From Nostoc sp. (GTDB lineage: Bacteria > Cyanobacteriota > Cyanobacteriia > Cyanobacteriales > Nostocaceae), in the NCBI RefSeq assembly GCF_036917095.1, contig NZ_JBALFH010000002.1:35074-99073 (forward strand): a stretch of DNA of 64,000 nt, in the 5' to 3' direction. A program made the translations under genes and the position numbers. Within the stretch, counting starts at the first letter, position 1. Each line of letters opens with the position of its first letter. The notes under the pieces were generated by a model that was given only the letters and a program-made list of their open reading frames with translations, did no database searches and was not told where the DNA came from. Positions 1-8,999 of this stretch are shown here, one piece after another.

Positions 1-149
1 AACTGAATTGCTAGTACGATTGTCCACAAGAAAGCGATACTGGCAAAAACCAAAGCCACCCCACGGGCGAATTTCCCACTGATGCCAGAGGGCGAGAAAC
101 CAATTAAAGCTGCGCCGATTAACGGCACTAGAATTAAAACACTAAGCAT
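1..149 (-). CDS. ndhD3: NDH-1 subunit 4 (NdhD, D3-type). Only the N-terminal 49 codons are present; the gene runs off the window start.
   Basis: The reverse strand from ATG at 149-147 translates to MLSVLILVPLIGAALIGFSPSGISGKFARGVALVFASIAFLWTIVLAIQ, a typical NdhD/NuoM N-terminus. It lies directly downstream of ndhF, as in ndhF3-ndhD3-cupA operons. Confidence 0.7.
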   Translation of the reverse strand, partial: MLSVLILVPLIGAALIGFSPSGISGKFARGVALVFASIAFLWTIVLAIQ

Positions 150-162
150 AGACTTCAGGTAA

Positions 163-202
163 GGGGAGTAGGGGGAGCAGGGGGAGTAGGGGGAGCAGGA
201 GG
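163..202. repeat. G-rich heptamer tandem repeat (GGGGAGT/GGGGAGC units), STRR-like
   Basis: ggggagtagggggagcagggggagtagggggagcagg is read directly. The same unit family recurs near 19400-19432, 21845-21880, 53358-53390, 53530-53563 and 59866-59935. Confidence 0.8.
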
Positions 203-250
203 AAAATAAAAACTCCTAACTTCTCCCTCCTAACTCAGCACCTAGCAATG

Positions 251-2107
251 TTAAAAAGGCAATTTATCTAGTAAACCCAATGACCAGCTGATGAAAAAAC
301 CCAGGACGCTGACAACTGCTAGGATGGTCAACATATAGCCCTGAGATTGCCCAGAAATGCTGTATTTTAAAGTTTGTCCGCCGAAAATTGTCGCAAACCC
401 AACTAAGTTTACTAAACCGTCAACCAAGTAGCGATCGCTCCAAGCAGAAATTTTAGATAGCAGTGCTACTGCACTTACCACCGTTACGCGATAAACTCGG
501 TCAATATAAAAATCATAACCTAACAAGTCTTGCAGAAATCTCCACCCCAAGATTCTGGATCTTGACCAAGCTTTGTGTAGATGAACTGTCGATCCTACAC
601 CTACGCCGAGGACGGTAGAAGCAAACAATGCTAACGCCACATACCAATTAATACTTTCCCAATCGGGTAGCAAGTACCATTGCTGTAGCATTAGAGGTAA
701 AAGCAGAGTCAATACTGTGAGAATCACCATTGGCAAGGCCATCTGCCAACCAACTTCTGGCGTGCGACGGGTCTTTTGTTGCGGTTTCCCCCAGAATACT
801 AATCTGAAGACTCTGGTCAAGTTCAATGCTGTCAAGCCATTGACCAATAATAAAACCCCAATCACCCAAGGGCTAATATTCACAAAACCGTCAGCCCATG
901 CTAACATTGCCCAAAAACTTCCCAATGGTAGCAGTGTCACCATCCCCGCTGAACCGACAACAAAAGCAGTGGTGGTGGCTGGCATCCTTGACCACAGACC
1001 GCCCATTTCTGTTAAGTCTTGGCTTTGGGTAGTCAAGATTACTGAACCAGAACTCATGAACAATAATGCTTTAGCGATCGCATGAGCTAACAGCAACATC
1101 AAGGCTACACCCCCTTGCTGCAACCCCACCGCCAAAAACGCTAACCCCATGTATGCACTGGTGGAATGAGATAGCGATCGCTTAATGTCAATTTGAGCTA
1201 TGGATACTAATGTTGCTCCAATCGCTGTCACCGTTCCCATAACTACCAAGGTATTCAAAGCAATTGGCGACAGTGCTAACAATGGTTGCAGTTTATACAA
1301 CAGATAAGCACCACCAGCTACTACTAGTGAGTTTCGCATTACCGAGGCAGGGTTGGGCCCTTCCATAGCCTCATCTAGCCACAGGTGCAGTGGAAATTGG
1401 GCGCATTTACCAGCAGGCCCGGCAATTAACGCCAATCCCAGCAATGCTGATGTCGTTGGACTTAAATTAGCTGTTTGTGCCCACTCGTATAAATCCGAAA
1501 AGTTCAAACTGCCAGCAAAGGTGGAAAGCGTCACCACAGCCATCAGCAGCAATAAGTCTCCCACCCGTTTAGTCCAAAACGCATCCCGCGCCGCTGTCAC
1601 TACTAGCGGTTGAGCATACCAGAAGCCCACCAGTAAGTAAGTCGAAAGCGTCAGGACTTCCAAAAGCGCATAGCTAACAAACAAAGAATCACTGATTGCT
1701 AGACCACTCAGCGCTGCTTCAAAAAATCCCAGCAGCGCAAAAAAACGCGCCAACGACCAGTCTTTTTCCATGTAACCCAGAGCGTAAACTTGTGCCAGTA
1801 AGCTTAACCCTGTAATTAAAACTGTTGCTCCAATGCTGACTGGCGATAGTTCTAAGCTCAAAGATAAGTCCAAATCCGCGGCTTTGAACCAATTAACCAG
1901 TAAGTTTTCTGGTTCTCTATCCCAGATATTTTTAAATACCAACAAGCTATGGGCAAAAGCCAAAACGGTCGTTAACAAATTGATGTATGCCGCAGGTCTT
2001 GGCCCTGTTCGCCGAATAATTCCTATTCCCCACGGCAACGTCAAAATTGCACCCAATAGGCTATATAAAGGCACAAACCAACTTGTTGAAAATAGAAATT
2101 GATTCAT
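251..2107 (-). CDS. ndhF3: NDH-1 subunit 5 (NdhF), CO2-uptake NdhF3 type
   Basis: This is a 618-aa polytopic membrane ORF of NuoL/NdhF type. Its size and position (divergent from ccmK, followed by ndhD) match the ndhF3-ndhD3-cupA arrangement next to ccm genes in Anabaena/Nostoc. Confidence 0.8.
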   Translation of the reverse strand: MNQFLFSTSWFVPLYSLLGAILTLPWGIGIIRRTGPRPAAYINLLTTVLAFAHSLLVFKNIWDREPENLLVNWFKAADLDLSLSLELSPVSIGATVLITGLSLLAQVYALGYMEKDWSLARFFALLGFFEAALSGLAISDSLFVSYALLEVLTLSTYLLVGFWYAQPLVVTAARDAFWTKRVGDLLLLMAVVTLSTFAGSLNFSDLYEWAQTANLSPTTSALLGLALIAGPAGKCAQFPLHLWLDEAMEGPNPASVMRNSLVVAGGAYLLYKLQPLLALSPIALNTLVVMGTVTAIGATLVSIAQIDIKRSLSHSTSAYMGLAFLAVGLQQGGVALMLLLAHAIAKALLFMSSGSVILTTQSQDLTEMGGLWSRMPATTTAFVVGSAGMVTLLPLGSFWAMLAWADGFVNISPWVIGVLLLVNGLTALNLTRVFRLVFWGKPQQKTRRTPEVGWQMALPMVILTVLTLLLPLMLQQWYLLPDWESINWYVALALFASTVLGVGVGSTVHLHKAWSRSRILGWRFLQDLLGYDFYIDRVYRVTVVSAVALLSKISAWSDRYLVDGLVNLVGFATIFGGQTLKYSISGQSQGYMLTILAVVSVLGFFISWSLGLLDKLPF

Positions 2108-2767
2108 TTAAATTTACCTTGACGACTCAGCCTTGATTTTAAAAAAGCTTTCAGACAATTATTTATTTTAATAAAATTAATTTAGTAAAACTTCAATCTT
2201 TTTTTTATTATTTATTCTAACTAAATTATTACAAGTATTTTTACTTTAATTTCCCCTATTAAACTTCGGTAAAATATAACTTTACATACGCTAAAGCATT
2301 TACTTGTCTTAACCTCACCTCCATTTTTACATTTCTATTTCTACTTTGAGCAAACTACTTTATACGATATATTTGAAAAAATTATATATTTTTCACCTAG
2401 TCATTGTGCATATAACGAAATTTCCCGAAACATAGAGACAGCATAAGATACAGCCCCCGCTCGCCCCTCGGCAGATGGAATTAGCCTTGGTTACGAATGT
2501 CGTTTTGTAAATGTGATAAAGAAATTATAAAGCATAAGTGGGTGCTCTAGGAATCAGTAAACTTTAATTGCCCAGAAGCACAGATAAATATTTGTTAAGT
2601 TTTTTAAAACTTTCTTATCATAAACTATTATAGTAATTTATATTGCCAGGGACGCCAAGCTTTCCTATGCTTAATTTGGAAGTGTTTTCTTAGCTTAAGA
2701 TAAAGCTCTCCCCGTCAAAAATTTCAAACGACAGTACAGATTGGATTAATTTTGTAGGAGTTCTGCG
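2108..2767. promoter_or_regulatory. 660-bp AT-rich divergent promoter region between ndhF3 and ccmK2
   Basis: There is no credible ORF. The region is strongly AT-rich and is flanked by divergently oriented low-CO2-related operons. No promoter elements were mapped. Confidence 0.4.
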
Positions 2768-3076
2768 GTGCCAATTGCAGTTGGAATGATTGAAACTAAA
2801 GGCTTTCCAGCAGTCGTAGAAGCTGCTGATGCGATGGTGAAAGCCGCCCGTGTCACTTTAGTAGGATATGAGAAAATTGGTAGCGCTCGCGTCACCGTGA
2901 TAGTTAGAGGAGATGTATCGGAAGTCCAAGCTTCTGTAGCAGCTGGGGTTGAAGCTGCTAGAAGAGTCAATGGTGGTGAAGTCTTATCCACTCACATTAT
3001 TGCTCGTCCTCACGAAAACCTAGAATACGTCTTGCCGATACGTTACACAGAAGCTGTGGAACAGTTCCGCACTTAA
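2768..3076 (+). CDS. ccmK2: Carboxysome shell protein CcmK (BMC-H), short form
   Basis: 102 aa, [57 protein letters not shown]. The GTG start is preceded by GGAG. It is the first gene of the ccm operon. Confidence 0.9.
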   Translation: MPIAVGMIETKGFPAVVEAADAMVKAARVTLVGYEKIGSARVTVIVRGDVSEVQASVAAGVEAARRVNGGEVLSTHIIARPHENLEYVLPIRYTEAVEQFRT

Positions 3077-3165
3077 AAGCTGTTTAAACAAAGTAATTAA
3101 CGCTCTTTGCCTGATTGAGCATCACTTTTGTCCAAGGCTAAAAACTTTAAAAAGGGATTAAACTA

Positions 3166-3510
3166 ATGTCAATTGCAGTAGGAATGGTTGAAACGCTAGG
3201 CTTTCCAGCAGTCGTGGAAGCTGCTGATGCAATGGTGAAAGCTGCCCGCGTCACTTTAGTAGGCTATGAAAAAATCGGTAGTGGTCGGGTTACAGTGATT
3301 GTTCGGGGTGACGTGTCAGAAGTACAAGCTTCCGTGGCCGCAGGTGTTGAATCTGTAAAGCGAGTTAACGGCGGACAAGTGCTATCTACTCACATCATTG
3401 CTCGTCCTCACGAAAACTTGGAATACGTACTGCCAATTCGTTATACCGAAGACGTAGAGCAGTTCCGCGAGAATGTGAATGCAATTCGTCCTTTCGGTAG
3501 AAGACCGTAA
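3166..3510 (+). CDS. ccmK1: Carboxysome shell protein CcmK (BMC-H) with C-terminal extension
   Basis: 114 aa, close to identical to the upstream paralog across the BMC domain, plus a tail [13 protein letters not shown]. Confidence 0.9.
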   Translation: MSIAVGMVETLGFPAVVEAADAMVKAARVTLVGYEKIGSGRVTVIVRGDVSEVQASVAAGVESVKRVNGGQVLSTHIIARPHENLEYVLPIRYTEDVEQFRENVNAIRPFGRRP

Positions 3511-3516
3511 TTTTTA

Positions 3517-3819
3517 ATGCAAGTTGCCAAAGTTCGCGGCACAGTAGTTAGCACACAAAAAGACCCAAGTCTCAGAGGTGTAAAACTACTATTGTTACAA
3601 TTAGTGGATGAAGATGGAAACATCCTCCCACAATATGAGGTAGCAGCAGATAGTGTGGGGGCGGGAGTAGATGAGTGGGTGCTTGTCAGTCGTGGCAGTG
3701 CTGCTCGTCAAGTTATAGGCAATGAACAACGACCATTAGATGCAGTGGTGGTGGCGATCATAGATACGATTCACGTTGAAGACCGTCTCATTTACAGCAA
3801 AAAAGATCAATATCGATAG
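3517..3819 (+). CDS. ccmL: Carboxysome vertex protein CcmL (EutN/CcmL family)
   Basis: 100 aa, MQVAKVRGTVVSTQKDPSLRGVKLLLLQ..., in the canonical position after ccmK. Confidence 0.9.
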   Translation: MQVAKVRGTVVSTQKDPSLRGVKLLLLQLVDEDGNILPQYEVAADSVGAGVDEWVLVSRGSAARQVIGNEQRPLDAVVVAIIDTIHVEDRLIYSKKDQYR

Positions 3820-3838
3820 TCAACAGTTAGAGAAGTGA

Positions 3839-3873
3839 GGAGTTATGAGTTAAAACTCATAACTCGTAACTCC
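3839..3873. repeat. Hairpin repeat of the ggagttatgag/ctcataactcc family
   Basis: ggagttatgagttaaaactcataactcgtaactcc is an imperfect palindrome. Related copies occur at 12222-12262, 12340-12392, 33380-33412 and 35609-35685. Confidence 0.7.
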
Positions 3874-3899
3874 TAACTTAATAGAGGAGGAATCTCGCG

Positions 3900-5903
3900 A
3901 TGGCAGTCCGCAGCACGGCGGCACCCCCAACCCCGTGGTCGAGGAATTTAGCTGAACCCAAAATCCATGAAACTGCCTTTGTCCATTCATTCTCCAATAT
4001 TATTGGGGATGTACGAATAGGTGCAAATGTAATTGTTGCTCCGGGGACTACGATTAGAGCGGATGAAGGCACACCTTTTTATATTGGTGAAAACACCAAT
4101 ATTCAAGATGGTGTTGTGATTCATGGATTGGAGCAAGGTCGAGTAATTGGCGATGACCAAAATAAATACTCGGTATGGGTTGGCGAAAACGCTTGCATTA
4201 CCCATATGGCTCTAATTCACGGACCAGCTTATGTTGGGGACAATTCCTTCATTGGCTTTCGCTCCACGGTGTTTAATGCCAGGGTGGGTGCAGGTTGCAT
4301 CGTGATGATGCACACTTTAATTCAAGACGTAGAAATTCCCCCAGGTAAGTATGTACCTTCGGGAGCGATAATTATCAGCCAGCAGCAAGCCGATCGCTTG
4401 CCAGATGTGCAAGATCGGGATAAAGAATTCGCTCATCATGTGGTTGGGATTAATCAGGCTTTACGAGCTGGTTATCTCTGTGCTGCGGATAGCAAATGTA
4501 TAGCACCCATTCGGGATGAGAATGCTAAATCTTATACAGGTAATGGTATTACTGTTTTAGAGTTGGAAAGGAGTAGTGAAGTGTCGAGCAATAGCTTGGG
4601 TGCAGAAACAATAGAGCAGGTGCGCTATCTATTGGAGCAAGGGTATAAGATTGGTACGGAACATGTAGACCAAAGACGGTTCCGCACGGGTTCTTGGACT
4701 AGTTGCCAACCAATTGAACCGAGATCCATCGGTGAAGCGATCGCAGCATTAGAAAGCTGTGTAAGAGACCATAGCGGCGAGTATGTCCGGCTATTTGGTA
4801 TTGATAAAGATAGACGGCGCGTATTAGAAACCATCATCCAACGTCCAGATGGTGATGTTAAACCAGCTACCAACTTTAAGGCTCCTGCTAGTCGTGGCAA
4901 TAGCAGTTACAGCAGTAATGGGAATGGTAACGGTAACAGTAACGGCTCTAGCAGTGGCAAAGTCAGTGGCGAAACTGTAGAGCAAATCCGCCAACTTTTG
5001 GCAGGTGGTTACAAAATTGGCATGGAACACGTAGATGAGCGCCGCTTCCGGACTGGTTCCTGGACTAGCTGCAAGCCAATTGAAGCAACTTCCACCAATC
5101 AAGTAATTTCCGCCTTAGAAGAATGTATAGCAAGCCATCAAGGCGAGTATGTGCGTTTAATCGGCATTGATACCAAAGCCAAACGGCGGGTATTAGAAAG
5201 CATTATCCAACGTCCAAATGGTCAAGTAGCCTCCTCTGGCAGTCAGAAATCATTTACTAGCAGTGGAGCCTCCACAGCGGGAACAGCTACCAGTAATCGC
5301 TTGAGTAGTGAAGTAGTAGGCCAACTCCGGCAGTTATTAGCTGGCGGCTATAAAATTAGTATTGAACACGTAGATGAGCGCCGGTTCCGCACTGGTTCTT
5401 GGACTAGTACCGGTCAAATTCAAGCCTCCTCAGAAAGAGAAGCGATCGCAGCCGTAGAAGGACACCTCGGCGAATACGAAGGAGAATATGTCCGCTTAAT
5501 TGGTATTGACCCCAAAGCCAAGCGGCGGGTATTAGAAACGATTATCCAACGTCCAAATGGTCAAGTAGCCTCCTCTGGCAGCCAGAAATCATTTACTAGC
5601 AGTGCATCCTCTGCTACTCCTACAGCAAAAGCTAGCAGTACTCGCTTGAGTAGTGAAGTCGTAGACCAACTCCGGCAATTATTGGCTGGCGGCTCTAAAA
5701 TTAGTATTGAACACGTAGACCAACGACGGTTCCGCACTGGTTCTTGGACTAGTACCGGTCAAATTCAAGCCTCCTCAGAAAGAGAAGCGATCGCAGCCGT
5801 AGAAGGACACCTCGGCGAATATCAAGGGGAGTATGTGCGTTTAATTGGTATTGACCCCAAAGCCAAGCGTCGGGTATTAGAAACGATTATTCAACGGCCA
5901 TAG
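3900..5903 (+). CDS. ccmM: Carboxysome organising protein CcmM: a gamma-carbonic-anhydrase-like domain plus four RbcS-like (SSUL) modules
   Basis: 667 aa. The N-terminus is a hexapeptide/LbH region. Four repeats follow, each containing EHVD(E/Q)[10 protein letters not shown]...GEYVRL(F/I)GID. AGGAGG lies upstream of the ATG. Confidence 0.92.
   Translation: MAVRSTAAPPTPWSRNLAEPKIHETAFVHSFSNIIGDVRIGANVIVAPGTTIRADEGTPFYIGENTNIQDGVVIHGLEQGRVIGDDQNKYSVWVGENACITHMALIHGPAYVGDNSFIGFRSTVFNARVGAGCIVMMHTLIQDVEIPPGKYVPSGAIIISQQQADRLPDVQDRDKEFAHHVVGINQALRAGYLCAADSKCIAPIRDENAKSYTGNGITVLELERSSEVSSNSLGAETIEQVRYLLEQGYKIGTEHVDQRRFRTGSWTSCQPIEPRSIGEAIAALESCVRDHSGEYVRLFGIDKDRRRVLETIIQRPDGDVKPATNFKAPASRGNSSYSSNGNGNGNSNGSSSGKVSGETVEQIRQLLAGGYKIGMEHVDERRFRTGSWTSCKPIEATSTNQVISALEECIASHQGEYVRLIGIDTKAKRRVLESIIQRPNGQVASSGSQKSFTSSGASTAGTATSNRLSSEVVGQLRQLLAGGYKISIEHVDERRFRTGSWTSTGQIQASSEREAIAAVEGHLGEYEGEYVRLIGIDPKAKRRVLETIIQRPNGQVASSGSQKSFTSSASSATPTAKASSTRLSSEVVDQLRQLLAGGSKISIEHVDQRRFRTGSWTSTGQIQASSEREAIAAVEGHLGEYQGEYVRLIGIDPKAKRRVLETIIQRP
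4565..4583 (+). promoter_or_regulatory. Putative internal ribosome-binding site and in-frame GTG for a short CcmM (M35-like) isoform
   Basis: GGAAAGGAG (4565-4573) is followed 7 nt later by an in-frame GTG at 4581 (4581-3900=681). It sits in the linker just before SSUL module 1. Confidence 0.45.
5217..5894 (+). repeat. Tandem 339-bp duplication inside ccmM (SSUL modules 3 and 4 with linkers)
   Basis: The unit starting aatggtcaagtagcctcctctggcag begins at 5217 and again at 5556 (offset 339 = 113 codons). The two encoded modules are nearly identical. Confidence 0.85.
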
Positions 5904-6078
5904 CAGTGCTGAGTTAAAAGTGCTGAGTGCTGAGTTAATACTTTAAAGACACCAGTCACACCAACTGTAAACTCAGATTTTAAAACACACTCAGCACTGG
6001 CTCAACGCCCCGCTAACCCTAACAGCACTCAGCAATCAGCACTCAGAACTTCATCCGGCTTCCGAGGTTAAAATTTCC
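5904..6078. repeat. ccmM-ccmN spacer with direct and inverted TGCTGAGT/ACTCAGCA motifs
   Basis: gtgctgagttaaaagtgctgagtgctgagtt ... actcagcactgg ... gcactcagcaatcagcactcag is read directly. Confidence 0.6.
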
Positions 6079-6852
6079 ATGTCTGTGCCGCCACTGCGCC
6101 TCAGCAATAACTTTGATTCTTACATTAGTGGTGAGGTGACTATTCATCCAAGCGCGGTACTTGCACCTGGGGTGATCCTCCAAGCGGCTGCAAACAGCAA
6201 AATCATCATTGGGCCGGGGGTCTGTATTGGTATGGGATCGATTCTCCAAGTCCATGAAGGCACCCTAGAGGTAGAAACAGGCGCAAACCTGGGAGCCGGT
6301 TTTTTGATGGTTGGCAAAGGCAAAATTGGAGCAAATGCTTGCATTGGTTCAGCAACAACAGTTTTTAACTATTCAGTTGAACCTGGACAAGTAGTACCAC
6401 CGGGTTCGATTTTGGGAGACACCAGTCGGCAAATTGCCCAAACAAACCAATTGGAATCATCTACAAATAACCCAGCTTCTCCAAATACACCACCGCCCAA
6501 GGAAGAGGAAAATGGCTCAGGTGGAGTTAAGGAAAAGGTAATTTCCTCAACTAACTTCTCAGCTTCGGCTTTTGTGGATTTCAAACAAAATAAGTCGATT
6601 TCTTACTTTAAATCTCCCGCCACTCCAGAAAGTCAGTCTCCTCCCGTGGAGGAACCGACCAATGATACTAACTCCACCTTGGAGGAAGCCGCCCAACCGT
6701 CTACAGAACATAGCTCAGACCTCAGTCAGCCAACCACAGAATCCCCTAACGGTTTTGGGACTCAAATTTATGGGCAAGGGAGCATAAGCAGACTGTTGAC
6801 TACATTGTTTCCTCATAGACAATCATTGAGCGACCCAAACTCTGACGATTAG
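6079..6852 (+). CDS. ccmN: Carboxysome assembly protein CcmN
   Basis: 257 aa with an N-terminal hexapeptide-repeat (LbH) region and a Pro/Ser/Thr-rich linker. The C-terminal amphipathic segment GSISRLLTTLFPHRQSL resembles the CcmN encapsulation peptide. Its position between ccmM and ccmO is canonical. Confidence 0.85.
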   Translation: MSVPPLRLSNNFDSYISGEVTIHPSAVLAPGVILQAAANSKIIIGPGVCIGMGSILQVHEGTLEVETGANLGAGFLMVGKGKIGANACIGSATTVFNYSVEPGQVVPPGSILGDTSRQIAQTNQLESSTNNPASPNTPPPKEEENGSGGVKEKVISSTNFSASAFVDFKQNKSISYFKSPATPESQSPPVEEPTNDTNSTLEEAAQPSTEHSSDLSQPTTESPNGFGTQIYGQGSISRLLTTLFPHRQSLSDPNSDD

Positions 6853-6908
6853 TCCGAGTAAGTGTTAATTGTAAGTTGTCGGCTTTTTCCGTATTTTGGA
6901 GAATTCAC

Positions 6909-7697
6909 ATGGAAACATATAATCAACGGTCTATGAGTTCCAGCCAGGGAGCGAGTAGTCAAGAGACCTACCAAGATACTGCTTTGGGTTTAGTTTCTAC
7001 CCGCAGCTTTCCGGCCATAGTTGGTACGGCGGATATGATGCTGAAATCAGCGGGAGTTCACCTAATTGGGTATGAAAAAACTGGTAGCGGTCATTGTACT
7101 GCGATCGTCCGGGGTGGAATTGCTGACGTGCGTCTGGCGGTAGAATCAGGCGTGCAAACGGCTGAACAGTTTGGTCAGTTGGTTTCTAGTTTGGTGATTC
7201 CCCGACCTTATCCGAACCTAGATATAGTGCTTCCCATCACAACCCGTTTCACCAAATTGATGGAAGAAGGCAATTACAGCCGTTTGAGTAATCAAGCAAT
7301 TGGTTTGGTAGAAACGCGAGGATTTCCTGCGATGGTAGGAGCGTGTGATGCCATGCTCAAAGCTGCTGATGTTCATTTGGCAGCCTATGAAAAAATTGGT
7401 GCGGGTTTGTGTACAGCGATTATCCGTGGTTCCGTAGCCAATGTAGCGGTAGCAGTGGAAGCGGGAATGTTTGAGGCAGAACGCATTGGGGAATTGAATG
7501 CAGTGATGGTAATTCCTCGACCGTTAGACGAAATGGAGCTAACCTTGCCATTAGCAAGATGCTGGATAGAAGAACGCGAACCGTTAAACTTGCCAGTAAA
7601 TATTAAAGAGCAAGTTGCCGAAATCGAGGTACTAAGATTACCAGACTTAACCAAGCTACCGACAAAAGTTAAAGAAGAATTATGGAATGATGAATGA
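6909..7697 (+). CDS. ccmO: Carboxysome shell protein CcmO (tandem BMC domains)
   Basis: There are two BMC domains (GLVSTRSFPAIVGTADMMLKSAGV... and GLVETRGFPAMVGACDAMLKAADV...). The ATG at 6909, with GGAGA 8 nt upstream, is preferred over the TTG at 6876 used in the ORF track. Confidence 0.88.
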   Translation: METYNQRSMSSSQGASSQETYQDTALGLVSTRSFPAIVGTADMMLKSAGVHLIGYEKTGSGHCTAIVRGGIADVRLAVESGVQTAEQFGQLVSSLVIPRPYPNLDIVLPITTRFTKLMEEGNYSRLSNQAIGLVETRGFPAMVGACDAMLKAADVHLAAYEKIGAGLCTAIIRGSVANVAVAVEAGMFEAERIGELNAVMVIPRPLDEMELTLPLARCWIEEREPLNLPVNIKEQVAEIEVLRLPDLTKLPTKVKEELWNDE

Positions 7698-7950
7698 TGA
7701 TAGATGAATTTTGGAAAATCCTCATTCATTATTCAGCATTCATCGACAGAGTGGAAGGGATCTTACGCTTTTGCTGTTCTTGATAATAGCTTCTTGAATC
7801 CATAAATTAAATACCTTTATTTGAATATAAACAATAGAGTTCTATCTATGATAGAACTCGTAACTTTCTGTGAGCATCACTATATCATTTGCCAGTGTTC
7901 AGCAATACTAGTTTTATATCTATTAATCGCTATATACAGGAGAATCACCC

Positions 7951-8892
7951 TTGAACCAAGCGACGCTGCACCAGTTAAAGGTGTTCGAGGCGGCGGCACG
8001 GCACAGTAGCTTTACTCGTGCTGCTGAGGAATTGTTTCTCACCCAACCTACCGTTTCTATGCAGATCAAGCAACTCACAAAATCGGTAGGGTTGCCATTA
8101 TTTGAGCAAGTGGGAAAGCGGTTGTATCTAACGGAAGCAGGACGGGAATTATTTGCCACATGTCGGCAGATTTTTGACAATATAGCCCAGTATGAAATGA
8201 AGGTAGCAGATTTAAAAGGGCTAAAACAGGGACAATTACGCTTGGCAGTAATTACAACAGCAAAATACTTTATTCCACGTTTGTTAGGGCCCTTTTGCGA
8301 ACTTTATCCAGGGATTGATATCTCGCTGCAAGTAACGAATCACGAACAAATTTTGGAACGGATGAGTCAAAATCTGGACGACTTATATATTATGAGTCAA
8401 ATTCCAGACAATATAGATGTGACTTGCGAACCATTTTTAGAAAACCCTTTGATAGTCTTTGCACCAAATAATCATCCGTTGTCCAAAGAAAAAAATATTC
8501 CTATACAACGCTTGTCTAACGAACCTTTTATTATGCGAGAACCAGGTTCAGGAACTCGTCGCGCCGTCCAAAAGCTATTTGAAGAACAAGCGGTGACGGT
8601 AAAAGTCAAGCTAGAATTGGGAAGTAACGAAGCAATTAAACAAGCGATCGCAGGTGGTTTAGGAATTTCTGTTTTATCCCGTCATACCTTACTATTAGAC
8701 GCCTCAGAGTTCAGCATTTTAGATGTACAACACTTCCCGATTCAGCGACATTGGTACATGGTTTACCCATCTGGCAAACAGCTATCTATCGTCGCTCGTG
8801 CCTATTATGAGTATTTATTAGCTGCGGCAAAAAATATTGTCCAGCAAAATTCCAATCCTGCTTCTAGTACGCTTGAACCAACTCACGGTTAA
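7951..8892 (+). CDS. cmpR: LysR-type transcriptional regulator, CmpR/CbbR type
   Basis: 313 aa, MNQATLHQLKVFEAAARHSSFTRAAEELFLTQPTVSMQIKQL (LysR HTH). The TTG start is preceded by GGAGA. A cmpR-type gene sits immediately after ccmO in Anabaena PCC 7120, as I recall. Confidence 0.75.
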   Translation: MNQATLHQLKVFEAAARHSSFTRAAEELFLTQPTVSMQIKQLTKSVGLPLFEQVGKRLYLTEAGRELFATCRQIFDNIAQYEMKVADLKGLKQGQLRLAVITTAKYFIPRLLGPFCELYPGIDISLQVTNHEQILERMSQNLDDLYIMSQIPDNIDVTCEPFLENPLIVFAPNNHPLSKEKNIPIQRLSNEPFIMREPGSGTRRAVQKLFEEQAVTVKVKLELGSNEAIKQAIAGGLGISVLSRHTLLLDASEFSILDVQHFPIQRHWYMVYPSGKQLSIVARAYYEYLLAAAKNIVQQNSNPASSTLEPTHG

Positions 8893-8999
8893 AATAATTT
8901 GTAATTATGAATTACGAATTACCTAAAGGGGTTGACGGTTAAGCCGGGAAACATTGACAATTAACCAGCAGAATCATTAAAAAAGGGGGAAAACTGGCA

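Noticed and set aside
163-202. G-rich heptamer arrays (also at 19400, 21845, 53358, 59866) as possible CRISPR arrays
   Set aside because: The units are 7 nt and contiguous, with no 25-40-nt repeat/spacer periodicity, and no cas genes are present. They fit cyanobacterial STRR-type repeats.
2595-2607. TTA-N7-TAA motif (ttaagttttttaa), a possible CmpR/LysR binding site upstream of ccmK2
   Set aside because: The surrounding 660 bp are so AT-rich that such motifs are expected by chance. I cannot test conservation or dyad context here.
6876-6908. TTG start for ccmO as given in the ORF track
   Set aside because: The ATG at 6909 with a GGAGA 8 nt upstream gives a conventional start. The 11 extra codons (MSAFSVFWRIH) look non-native.
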